A program made the position numbers and the translations under genes. From assembly GCF_052425735.1 (NCBI RefSeq), contig NC_135764.1:27280001-27344000 (forward strand): a DNA stretch of 64,000 nucleotides, in the 5' to 3' direction. This DNA is from Oculina patagonica. Its lineage: Eukaryota. How positions within the stretch are numbered: the stretch's first letter is position 1; the number at the start of each line of letters is the position of its first letter. Shown here one piece after another: positions 26,409-38,425 of this stretch. Under the pieces are notes generated by a model that saw nothing but the letters and a program-made list of their open reading frames with translations, had not been told where the DNA came from and did not search any database.

Positions 26409-27445
26409 GAACAGATGAAGATTTTTTCAAACACTGGGGATTTGAATGGTTGAAGTCGTACTTGTTGGAGAGAGAGGTTCCAGTGGCAAATACAAATAAG
26501 CAAGGTTTAATACATCTTTGTCCATTTACGCATAGATTAGGGCTCAGTGCAATACAAAATGTTGAGGAAAGAACAAATAGAAAAGTAATGGAAGATGGAT
26601 ATGGGAGAATCATTCTCCCCGACCCATCTGGTTTAGTTTTTAATGGATGGGAAGGTGATAAACAGGGGATCGGCTATTTACCGAGTTAGAGGTTGAGTTG
26701 AGTTTGAGTTGAGTTTGAGTTGAGTTTGAGTTAAGATTGAGTTAAGATTGAGTTACCGTATTTCCAGTGTCTTTTCCTTTTTTTACAATAGAAAGTTCAA
26801 AATCGAAGGTTCTCATTATATTTACTGAAATAATACTTAACATCTTACTGACAAATTTACACTATTTCGCGTTTTACGCTAAGAACAATTCAGCTCTCGT
26901 GTTTTGTTGCTTGCAAATCATTACCTTTTATCGCGGTGTTGACTACAAGCAGTCCATCATTAATTTTCTTTCAGAGATAGTTTTATTCAGGCTATTCGAG
27001 AAACGCGAGAGGAAGAAAATAGGAGAGGCTAACATAATATTTTTTCTTTTGTCTCGCGCGTCGACTAGCTATGTTCAAACCGACATTTCAATTTTTGAAA
27101 CCCTCTATCCACCAGCTACTAAACTATTTTTTTTAAAGGCAAATGGAGACCCGATTAGAAAAATTAGTCTTAGCTCAGGGTTCTGGCTACAAAATTTAAT
27201 TTTGTGATACGAAACTGATTTCACCATTATCCCGCAGTTTCTCTGTCTAGCCTTTCTTCGGGCTAATGCGAATTCTTTCCCACGGCAATCGCACGATCAG
27301 ATCGGAATTCGTCTGAATGCCATGGTAACTCCACAATGGACAGAGAAATAATTCGCCTTTTCGAATTCTGGATATTTGGAGAACAACGTGTTTTAAGTGC
27401 GTTGAAGATCATTCTTATCATTTGTTTTGTCCATTACGGTCGATC

Positions 27446-30400
27446 ATGGAGTCTATAAGTAGCGATTCGGATTGTGACTCTGTTGCCTCCTACGCTGATG
27501 TAGTCAAAGGGGAGTCTCTTTTTAGTTCTTCACCAGCGCGCCTTACCAACAGCTGTTGGTTTAAATTCCAAGTCGAAAGTGAAGAAGAAGCAATGCAAAT
27601 TGCCTTAAAGAAATCTGCCAGTGATGCACAGGTAACTGTCCGTTTGCCGCATCGTTGGTTTTCTGATACGAGAAAAAGGAAAAGCCTATGTTTTATCTGC
27701 TTTAAAAATTTAGGGTGACGAAATATCTGATGATGACAGCCTTGAAACCACAACCCCTGGATTTAAAGAAATCAGCAAGCCACGCGTGAAGGTAAAAACC
27801 TTTCGTTTCGAAAACGTTTATTTATAATTGTTTGCGGTTGTATAGGCATGTGCATAGGATTTGTCATAAAAGAAGTTAATAACTTTGAAGGTTGACGGCT
27901 TTCAGTCTGTAAGGCTAGTTTACACGGGCGATTTTTGTCGCGCTTCCCAGTGCGCTTCCCAGTGCAACTGTTGTCGCGCTCGAGCTCGCAGTGAAAATCG
28001 CAAGTGTAAAGTAGTGGCAATTTCGTAATGTTCAAAGCTTCTGCGATATCAGGGCGATAGAATTGCCGTCTGTTTACACTTGCAATTGCGCTTTCGTGCA
28101 ATTTTCTTCGCGAGCTCGATCGTGACAAAAGTTGCACTGGGAAGCGCAGGAAAAAAAAATAGAAGGCCAGGTTCGGACCATCGGAAAGATTATGAGGGGG
28201 GGGGGGGGGGGGGTGGGGGTTCTCACGTTGAACGCTCTCATCCGTACGGATTTCTTTTCTTTTTACGGTAAGATGTTATACATGATTTTTGCAACTAATT
28301 GTCCATCCTGAAAAGGGTATAGGTTGACAAGCGCGACAAAAGGCAAGTGTGATGGTTTGGAAAAGTGGTCACAGGAGTCAAGTGACAAGTTTCAAGTGAC
28401 AAGTTTTTGTTTTGCAACATGAAGTATATTTCACCCTAAATATGGGGCAAATTATTATTAAAAAATAGAAATGGTGGCGTTTGGGAAATTTCCAGTTTCT
28501 TCAGTTCAAATTTGTGCACCCCCTCCTAACAAAAATCCCGGATCCGCCCCTGAATTTTAATCACTCTTGAGTCCGTGAATTGATACTGTTTTTTTTTTCC
28601 TTTCTAGAAAACACCTGAAATGTTTGAATCTTGGGAGGAGGAGGATTACTGTCCTGGAGAACCTCAAATACCACTGGGAAGTTACAAATACAAGAATGTA
28701 TGTAGAAATCATTACTTATAATCATTATTTTTTATAATGGCCATTGGAAACCCTCGAATTCTCTTCTATATGTCCAGGTTTTTCTCTGTATATTCTAGTC
28801 CAATTATAAAAATGAGAATTTAATCCGTGTCAAAGATAAGTATCTTTAGTATCGAGACAGAATCTACCATGGCATGGGGAAAAGAGCAGAAGTCTGGGTT
28901 CTAGTATGGTCTGTCCTTGGCCACAACAGATATATTCTGGATAGCGTAGAGGTTTTTTTCTCTCTAAATTTCGGCAAAATTAATTAAGGAAGACATCATA
29001 AATAATTCTAATATGGTATACTGACACAGTATTGATGTTCAATCGTTAGGTCAAAGACTTTCCGAAAACCAAGGGAGGATCCTCTCTTTCGGAAACAAAG
29101 AAATTAGGTGACGTAAAGGGAAAGAAAAAAGTGGTTTCTACAAATAAGGTGAGCCACTGTTTACATTTTTCTCCGTTCAGATCGTTGACTTGTAGATTCG
29201 TTTTAGCATTTTGAAGCGAACACGATTTAGTTAGCAAGCACGTGCATCTAAGTGGTGAATTATTATGCTAATAACTTTGCCATATTTTTTGCCTCTTATC
29301 GTTTTTTTTTCATAGAACATTCATAGAGCAGATGGGAAAGCAATACCAGAGGTTTTCATTGATCTAACGTGCGACTCCCCGGAAAAGAGGTATTTTGGGC
29401 TTGAAGCACTGGAGCACGAGCTTGTAGCGGGATCCAGGGGTATTCCCCGCCCCCCACCGTCGAAAACATATTGAAAGCTAAGGTTGTCTGAGACAGTATT
29501 TCGTGTTTTTGAAGGCAGTTTGATACGAGAGAGGGCAGGCAAAAGCAAACGCAAAAACATGAATACTTCTAGAATTTACAAGATCATTTTGGTGACTGAA
29601 TCATGTCGTGACTTACTATTTTCTTTTTACACAGTACATAAAACAAAAATTGACACAAAATAGGTAACGTTTTTTTTTTAAATCAAACTGATCTGAATTG
29701 ACCTTAGCCTTTCCCACGCAACTTCATTTATGGCTGACTAAAACTCATGATGTACTTCCAAGGTAATATCAGTTTCAAATACCGGCAGTTGAGTTTGTCT
29801 GCAGTGCAGGCTAATAGTAATAAGTGGTCTGTGCAAATAATTAAAAAGTGGCCAATGACGGGAAATAACGTCCATGTCGATAAACTACCTCTAGAACTGT
29901 AGAATATGTAACGTGCATTTAAACAATTGTCTTCTTATGTCCTAGGCCGAAGAAGGAACGAAGGTCAACAGAAAGCTCAGACGATGATGATTCCGGCAAC
30001 GCAGACTTCATTAAAAAAAGGTGAGTGGTGGTACTTTCATTCGTCATTTAAAATAAGTGAAACGCCACAAATAACAAACATCCTCTGCATGGTCACAGCA
30101 AGCAAGCTCAGAAGATAACTTACTCTTACCTAAATTTCAGTACATGTAGAATTACTAAATTTGTTTCAATCCTTATTGTTGATCATTATAGGAAGAAAGT
30201 CAAGCTGGATCCGTCTTTATGGTACGGAGTTGACGTTGAAGCGGTGAATGAGTTACCCTATGATATCGACGGCACTAGGGTATTTCAAGTTCGTTTTGAC
30301 AGAGATGAGCGTAACGTTCGAGATGGCCGCAGTTGGAAACCCTGGGTCACCTCAAGCCGGAAGGGTTTTCGTGGAAAGCGTAACGTTCAATCTTGTAAGG

Positions 30401-33400
30401 GCTCTTAATTACCTTTGCAAAAACAACAGGTGTCCTTACGAAAAGCAATTCGGAAAGGCAAACAACGTTCAATTTGTTAAAGCTGGAGGAAAATATCGTT
30501 GCAGATCTTGCAATGGCAAAGGCGAGTACATTTCCTGTCCCGCTAGAAAGGTCAGTGAGTATCCACAGGATTCTGCCTTTGCAACCATTTACCATCTTGG
30601 AACTCATACTTGCACAGCTAAACGTAAGCCCAAGTTATATGCAACCAGCGATATTGAACAATTTTTTAAAACACATTCAATGGTTAAGCCCTCCGCCGTT
30701 CCAACTGCAAAACTGACAACCATGATCAGAGAAGGCAAAACGTGGTCGGAAGTTGAGGACGTCGCCGAAGCTATGCTGGACAAAAACAAGGTGAAAAATA
30801 TTAAAGCCAAAGTGGTTAAGAGGAAATCCGCCTGGACTTCGAGTAGTTATTGGACAAAATTATGTACCAAAACTATTTACACCTGATTGCAAGCTTTTGT
30901 GTTACTGCTTCAAATATCTTATCGAAAGAAATCTTTTCTAACAACACCACACATCGAAAACACATTTTGAAGTTCCGCTGAATTCCACTGAATCGCTTAA
31001 GACGAATTTACAAAATGGCTACACGTGAGATTTTGCCTATACCTTGTGAACTTTGAAATTCATTTTCTCAGACTCTGATAAGAAATTGTTGTTGGTGTTA
31101 TCACGGATAATTACTTACATCTTTACCTTTTATTAAGGGTAGGAAATAACGCAATAGGATTTAAATTATTCTTGAAATTGATTTTTGTCCAACTTTAATA
31201 AATATTACTCGACTTCCTAGTGGATTCCGTCTTAATAGCATGCATCCCCACGGGCACAACTTTGATGCTGTTGCAGAAATTAAGAAAAAAACAGATGAAA
31301 AAGATCCGTACCTGATTTGGAAGATTAATAATCGTCATTTCAATAATGGGCTTGGAAGCTTGGTCTTTAAGATGAGCAAAGAAAAAGCCGAGATGTGCGT
31401 TCAAATGGACAAAGATCAAAGTGAGCATCCACTCTCAAAAGAGTTCTGTTTTCTTGATGCAGTACACAGCAGATGCCAGGGCTTCAAAACACTCACCCTT
31501 TGGGTGTGGCATCCAACACTGAATGAGCTTGTCAACTTAGCTACAATGGAGTGTGAGGCGGAGTCTAGTCTCGTAATACAGTCGTTTTGGAATAATGTAA
31601 ATGAGGTAACTGTGATCATGTTTTTACTTAATCAACGAGCGCCCAGTAGCTTCGATGCAGTTTTTTTATCGGATACTTATCCATCCTTTGTAGAGACTGG
31701 GGCCTGAATTGAAAGTTCGAAAACTAGGATATTTCATATTATAATCCATCAAATATTTTTGCGCGCGCAATTGGTCTAAACACGTCACGTGATGCAGTCA
31801 AAACTGGTGACTATTTAGTAAATAAACCCCTTCAGGCGGCTGGTATGTCGGAGGATAATGCCCGTGGCGGGTAGATTGTCCGAAAAATAAACATTTCGCT
31901 TCTCGGGCAAATGTGAAATTTTAAGGACAATCTATCCGCCAAGGGCATTATACTCCGACATACCAGCAAGCCAGAAAGGGGTTTATTTATTTTATAATTA
32001 ACCTTCCCATTAATTTTCTTCAACGCGCTTCATTGCGGGAAAAAGGCAAAACCTACAGCGTGCGATAATCACGGCATAATTTAGTTAAAATAAATGCAAG
32101 TCGATAGGTTTCGAATTTCTTTTTTAACACTGTGATTTTATTAAAACGTTAGACTTTTACGTTTGTTTTGCACTGCGGATTTCAAATCGGACGGGGTATA
32201 TTGGCTGATACCCGTCGTCAGATTTTGTACCACGTGATGTGTTTTGTCCAATGAGCGCGCACGGAAATTAATCGGTGGGTTATAACAGATGATATTCCCC
32301 AAGTGATATTTCCCAGTTTTCGAAGTTTGCAATTTACATTCGCACGTTTAGTTTTTATCCCAAGTAAATTGTTAAAATGTATAGAACTAAACATTTTGAA
32401 CAGACTAACAATATTTTGAGCGCCGACAGAATTACTTTGACGTTTAAACCTTTAAGAAAAGGTCTCCCAAAATGCGGCCTTGTGAAAAAATATTTGAAGG
32501 ATAATAAACACAATAGCATCCATTTGGCTTCAAAAATATGCAAGGATATTGTCCTTGGACAAATCTGTTCCTCGAAGTTCACAACTTTCCTCGAGCTTCG
32601 CTCTCGGAAAACTGTTCACTTAATTCTCGGAACAGATAATGTCTGCGGACAAATATCCGTGCATATTTTGGCGCCAAATGAAGGCTATTGTTTATTTTAA
32701 GGGATGAGTATCCTTTGTGAGTCTTTATACCAAAAGAATTAGAACACTTTTGAATCAGTTTATCTTTTAATACTGAAGCATTCTGAACTAGGATTTCACT
32801 GGACAGTTAAGAAACAGTTTAAAATGGGTATTTGCCCAAACGTGGCATGTTGAGGTCGAATACTTGAAGCCTTCATTGAAACTGAGATTTTTGTCGCTTT
32901 AATTTTACTCATCTTTGTTGGAACACTTAACAGTTTTTAGTGTACAACCCCACGACCAAAATCGTCAGTTGAATTAAAAAGTTAAACGGAGGAGAAAAGG
33001 AAACAATGTCAAGGATACTAATGCATGGGTCCTTCCCTTTTCTAACGTACATGTCGTACGCCTTAAAGTCGTACCATTACCGGGGTCTTAATTGTAACAG
33101 TTTGAATGTTGTTTTCTAGGTTTTACGAGATTTTACTGGGGACGAGAACTACCTATTTAATCCAGCGGGATGGATGTTCGATGAAGCTGGCGGAAACTGG
33201 GATGCAATCGAAAACGTGTTTGGCAAGGAAGCTTTAGAACAATGTGTATCCTGTGAATTCCATTTTTTTCAGTGCTGCAATAGGCAGGTACACACAGACT
33301 GGAGTGATAAGGCAAAGCACAGGTTTAAAACTCTCGCCAGGAGTATTTTTGAGGCGCCAACACCTTATCAATATGATCAAGCCAGGAAAGAACTCATAGC

Positions 33401-34668
33401 ATTTTCACAGGAAAAACCTGGAAAACGAGGTCAGGTCGTTAGCTGGTTCAAATGGTGGCATAAGAGAAGGACCCACATATTTAAGGCATTCAAATGTGGC
33501 GCACCACTTGCACCAAAACGTCAATTTAGCAGAGGTTGGTCACTCTCAGTGGGCCAAGAAAGGATCCTACAGGTTAACCCTTGCAATGGCCGCTGAGGAG
33601 GACGTGGCAGAAGCAATTATGCTGTCAAAAAAACTAGAATCTTACGGTTATGGAAATTATAAAGGAGGCCAACATCGAAGCCAAAGCGACAGACTTAAAG
33701 CTAACTATTTTCAGCAAATGGCAAGAGCGAAAGCCTTCGCAGAAGAAATTTCCGCTGGCGTTGTCGACAATACCTTATATGTAGCTGCAGAGTCTTCTAG
33801 AGCTTCTACTGTTGATGCGAACTGCTCCCATAGAGCGACACGCAAACGAAAACGTCAAGTAAGTGTTTTCAGCGATGGAACTCACCTAGAGTCTTCGTCT
33901 TCTGAGGATGATTCACAGCAAACCGCAGACAAAGATGGTGCGAAGGAGGATAAGCGTGACGGCCGTTTCAGAACAACTGCCAGCAAGGCATTTCAGCGCT
34001 CACTTGAACTTGCCAAAAAAGAAAAATTAGTAGTTGTTGACTCCAATGAACTTGGAAGAAATGAAAGGGAATTTACGATTAGATCTGGACTAAACACCTA
34101 CAATGTAACGATTTCTGAGCATCCAACCTGCGATTGTCCCTACGCAAATAGTGCAAATATCTGTAAGCATGTTCTTTTTGTATTGCTGAATTTCTTTCAA
34201 GTTAAAGAGGGCGACTATCGTCTTCATCAGAAGGCACTAACAAAAAGTGAAGTTGATGCGTTGTTCAAGGGACTGGACTTAAAATCTCCAACAGGGACTA
34301 AACCTACAAATGCAGCCATTTTCAACAAGCACAAAGAAGCAAAAAAGAAGCAAGTTTGGCAAGTACAGCGATGTAATACACAACCTGGTCCCAAACCGAG
34401 GTGTGCAAAACCAGGCTGTCAGAATCAGTTTTCAGCGGGAGATATTTGCATTTCAGTAGAGGGCCTGTATGTACCTTCAAATGAAACAGCTGATGGAAGG
34501 AGCTTTGCGGTGGAACGTACTTTTCGATTTTGTGCAAGAAAAGAATGTATTAACACACAACCAAAACAAAGCAATTTGATTGTGCCTCCAATGACTGTCA
34601 TGCTTCCAGAAAATGTCAATGTTACACCTGAAGAATATCAGAATTTAATTAACGAGGAGATAGTTTGA
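27446..34668 (+). pseudogene. Spliced MULE-type DDE transposase (UIM-SIM-NLS-ZnF-DDE-SWIM-ZnF) with two frameshifts; exons 27446-27631, 28608-28697, 29050-29148, 29316-29389, 29946-30020, 30192-~30821, 31239-31605, 33120-34668
   Basis: Exons are phase-compatible, except that the exon-6 donor is unclear. Catalytic-type motifs CFLDAVH, MFDEAGG, SCEFH (CxxH) and NLAEVGH; SWIM CDC..CKH. Frameshifts at ~30406 and ~33515; AATAAA at ~34847. Confidence 0.8.
31730..32700. repeat. Composite palindromic non-autonomous repeat within the transposase intron
   Basis: Hairpin 31821-31990 (aataaacccctt...aaggggtttatt) nested in an inverted pair 31741-31791 / 32231-32285. Confidence 0.55.
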
Positions 34669-37269
34669 TCATACATTAGAGAATAATGAACGGTATAGTG
34701 GACAACACAAGATCGAAGTAGAGCTGATTGTTTTATTTACGTTAAAATTTAGTATCAACCACCATGTTGCGTAACATTTAATATTGTTGGATTCAATTTA
34801 GACATTGTATTTTAGTTTATTTATTTTTTTATTTTAACAACACGGAAATAAACAAAAATGTATTGGATTGTTTTTGGAAAATGTTTCGCATTTTTTTCTT
34901 TTCTTTCACCGGCCCAGTGTACCAGCAGTTCGTTCAATGCGCTTTCACTGAATAATGAACAAAAAAAAGTTAGAAGGGGACTGGGTGGGTGGGGGGGGGG
35001 GGGGGGTGTGGTGGGTTAGGACACGAAATGAGGATAACATAATTCTCTAAAATACAAAAGTATCAGTTTTCTTGCTTATTTGGTCGTAAAAAGTGATTCG
35101 CATCTTAAATTAAACACTTTTTTAGCAAATACAAATGGAAAACGGTAACTCAATCTTAACTCAATCTTAACTCAAACTCAACTCAAACTCAACTCAAACT
35201 CAACTCAACCTCTAACTCGGTCATTATCTTATCTCGATAAACAGAGCTTCCCGAGTTGTCTCAGATCAGCATGGAAAAATATTGGGATGAAAGTGAGTAA
35301 ACTTGGAGCTGTATTAAGACTTGAATATTATTGTTTTGAAATGTGTCTTTGTAAAACTCTGTAAAACTGCATTCCAACCGTCCAATATAAGGATTCAAAC
35401 AATATTCTATAAAAAAATATTGTCTGTTGAAAAAGTGTCTTAAGTTATACTTACCCCAAGGCCTGAATGAAAGATCCATTTTTACTAATGGTAACATGCA
35501 AGTACTTTTCAATAAAATATACAAGTTTGATTCTTCACCAGTTTGTTTTGTGTAGACTTTGTACCCCTGAAAAACATATAATTCTTACTTGATAGACAAA
35601 CATTCAAATTAAGAAAACAAGGCCATCAGCACTAAGAGATGGGAAGTCTGTTTATCTTGCAAAATATCATGGTATAAGTGCCAATATTGTATATTGCTTT
35701 ATAAAAGCAAAGGTTTGTGGTGTTTCTATCTTTTTGATTTGCTACATTTACAATGCACATAAACCTCATGTTTTCTGAAACAAATACAAGCCAATTTTAA
35801 ATGAATCATACAAAGAGCAACATAACTTATCAGGACATCACCTCACACTGTGATTGTAGCTTTCTTTGTTTTGTAAATGAATATACTGTTATCAATAATG
35901 ACATACCGGTATATTACAAACCTCACACGGTGTTTGAGAAACGATAACATCTGCTGCGCCATATGCAGCTAGGATAATCCTACAGAAGCAGTCTGGAAAT
36001 ATTTCCGATGCCCTATAATAAGTTTGACTTATTTTGACTCGATTTCTCATTGATTTTTTTAAGCCGATGTGCAGCCAAAAAACATACTGAGTGAACCTGA
36101 TTACATTGCAGGGTAAGAGGGAGCTGTAAACATGTGGCAAGGATTTGCCACTATGATATTGAGAAAAGTGCTAGAGGGGAAAATATGTTGGTGACTTCAA
36201 GGGAGCAGGCATGGGGTCGGCCTTCTATCAAACATCAACATGTTGATATACATGTAATTGTAGTGACAAGGCTTGGTGAATATCCAAACATGCACCCAAG
36301 AAACTGACTGTTTAAGGGACTGGTCATTATTTATGTTGAGTTGGGGGAGGGAAAAATTAATTTGAAACATAAAAATTTGCCAGAACCCTCCTCTTCAGGC
36401 CTGAAAATGGCAAATGCCTTCCCCCTCTCATATCAATATTCTTAATATTGTATGTATTTAGGGTTTTTTTGGTAAATTTTGCATACATAGATATGACAAG
36501 CCAATGCCACAATTGACAAAATGGACTTGGCGAATGTGTGGTACGAGCAAAGAATAAATTACCTTGTAGATAATAAAAATGTCATTGTCTCTATCAGCTG
36601 GCGTAATAAGTTACATAATTGGTAAAGCGCATAGACCAGTCTCCAGTTTTTCGCCCACTTCTGGATGTTTGCTGAATAGGTAGATCATTATCTTCTTTGT
36701 TGTCAGTACCACTGCTGTCACTTTCACTGGTTGGAATCCCAAAATTTGCAATCAAGGTGCCACTTTTCAGATGTTAGACACCAGCTATTGAACCTTGGAA
36801 GATAATTATTTTTTCAAATATTTTTTTCCAAGGTGGAAAGCAATTTTTTCTGTGTTATGTTATTTTAAAGACATGTTTTGCCACTTTGCAGGCTATTGAA
36901 CCAAGAAGTATTTACTAGTTAATTTTGATTATGCAGATGAAATCAAACATTGAAACAGGCTGTTCTGGATTTATTCTTATTAAAGTGTAAAATATTAAAG
37001 CAATGAAGTTTATGACAATGTTTTGTTTTACTCTCAGCTGTTGTCTGTCTGTTGTCCATCTTCATCATCTGGATCCTTGAAATTATTTCATTTCTTAAAA
37101 GTTATCCCATTTACCAAAGCACAAACCAGACCTCTTAAAAAACCTAAAAAATATATGACCCCCCTCTATTAATTCTTTTTGAAAAGAATAAGCCCCCATC
37201 CAGCCAATTTAAAACAGCCTTGACCCCCCCCCCCCCCTCTTTTTCCCTCCCTCCACCACTTTCCATATC

Positions 37270-38198
37270 AATGTTAGACGAAGCTCGTTTTCAGGTGACA
37301 AAAAACGCTCTGGACCAGGTTTTTTACACTTGTTTACCTAATAGCGTTTGACGGTTTGGGACTCAGAACCCTTATAGAATTGCATGTATGGCACTTTGTC
37401 CTTCACCTGGTCAATGACCCACTGAAAAACTTTGAAGTTGTCAAGACCTGTATGAAGCTTGACCAAACAGTGATCTTTGAGATTGCAGCATGTGTGATCA
37501 TTTCCAGGTAAATTAAATACACACTGCTGCATTAGAAACCAAACTGGGGTTGGATTTGGGATGTGACTGCTCTTCTAAATGAATTATGACTGATTTCAAA
37601 TGGGGTATCTTCAATCATTTGACTTTAGAACTTGTTCTTTGTTACCCTAAGATCTTTCCGGGTTTTTTTTGTCCCTAAGCTTAAAAAAGTGCCTTTCTGG
37701 TGGTCTGTACCACTACAAACAACATGTGATTTAATGACACAATTGCATGTACAATTACACAAACATATTGTAATATTTAACTTACACATCTTAAGATATT
37801 TGGCTGTTTGGTAAATCGAGCTTACATTCGCAATTAGAACTTGCTTGGTCGAATAATATTAGCATAAATATTATCCTTTTCATAAATATAAGCACAGATG
37901 GATATTAAGAGTTTATGCTCAAGTTATTGTTCAAAGACTATCTGTATAAAACAACGGCCGGAGCTACGGCTGTATTTCAAGTTAGGAATTTGTTTATGCA
38001 GTAGGGAATAAATCTGTGACAATAAACGTTTTTATTCCCATCAATCTAGTATCAGCTTACTGTATCCAGGCCAGGCACAGATGACAATATTATTGTAGCT
38101 TCCGCTAGCTTTATTGACAAAAATATTTACACGATACCTGTCAGGTTTCTTCTGCTAATAGAGCAACCAAAAACTGCACAGTAATCACCGCCACCCAT
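37270..38198 (-). pseudogene. THAP + Harbinger/ISL2EU transposase N-terminal remnant
   Basis: MGGGDYCAVFGCS (THAP start) in exon 38198-38138. Later VKLHTGLDNFKVFQWV..KPGPERFLSPENELRLTL (HTH_Tnp_4-like lead-in) with stop codons. No DDE core is recognisable. Confidence 0.7.
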
Positions 38199-38425
38199 CC
38201 TCGATCGCTTCTTATCGCCGCAATTTAAAGAAGTAAAAACGTACAATTTACCACGTGCGACGGGACGCCATGTTAGATTTTATGCCCCCTTTTTGACCCA
38301 TACTGCATTGCGAAATCAAATTATTCAAGATGGCGCTCTTATCCGTGAAACGGACTATGTGATGACTGGAAAATCCATGCCCCTCCCCCAAACGTGATTT
38401 GTGCTTGTATTTTTTAATATGAGGT

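Larger units (their letters stand above)
26681..35220 (+). mobile_element. 8.5-kb Mutator-like DNA transposon with perfect 79-bp TIRs built of ~11-bp GAGTT repeats
   Basis: 26681-26759 is the exact reverse complement of 35142-35220. The element encloses a spliced DDE transposase gene. Confidence 0.88.
26410..36150 (+). pseudogene. ISL2EU accessory (SWIM/YqaJ-type) gene remnant, split by the 8.5-kb insertion
   Basis: WLKSYLLERE..NKQGLIHLC..LPDPSGLVFNGWEGDKQGIGYL (26420-26680) continues as SLSYLD after 35220. Further fragments PYAARIILQKQSGNISDA and GSCKHVA (SWIM) at ~35960-36140. Confidence 0.55.
25585..38356. mobile_element. Decayed ISL2EU-like (PIF/Harbinger-related) DNA transposon hosting nested insertions
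   Basis: ~95-bp TIRs (25585-25680 vs 38265-38356, agtccgtttcacggat...) flanked by AT|...|AT. Contains convergent remnants of a THAP/transposase gene and a SWIM-YqaJ-type gene. Confidence 0.8.

Noticed and set aside
26681-26759. GAGTT repeats as a telomere or CRISPR array
   Set aside because: They are not TTAGGG, have no spacers, and are mirrored at 35142-35220, so they are transposon TIRs.
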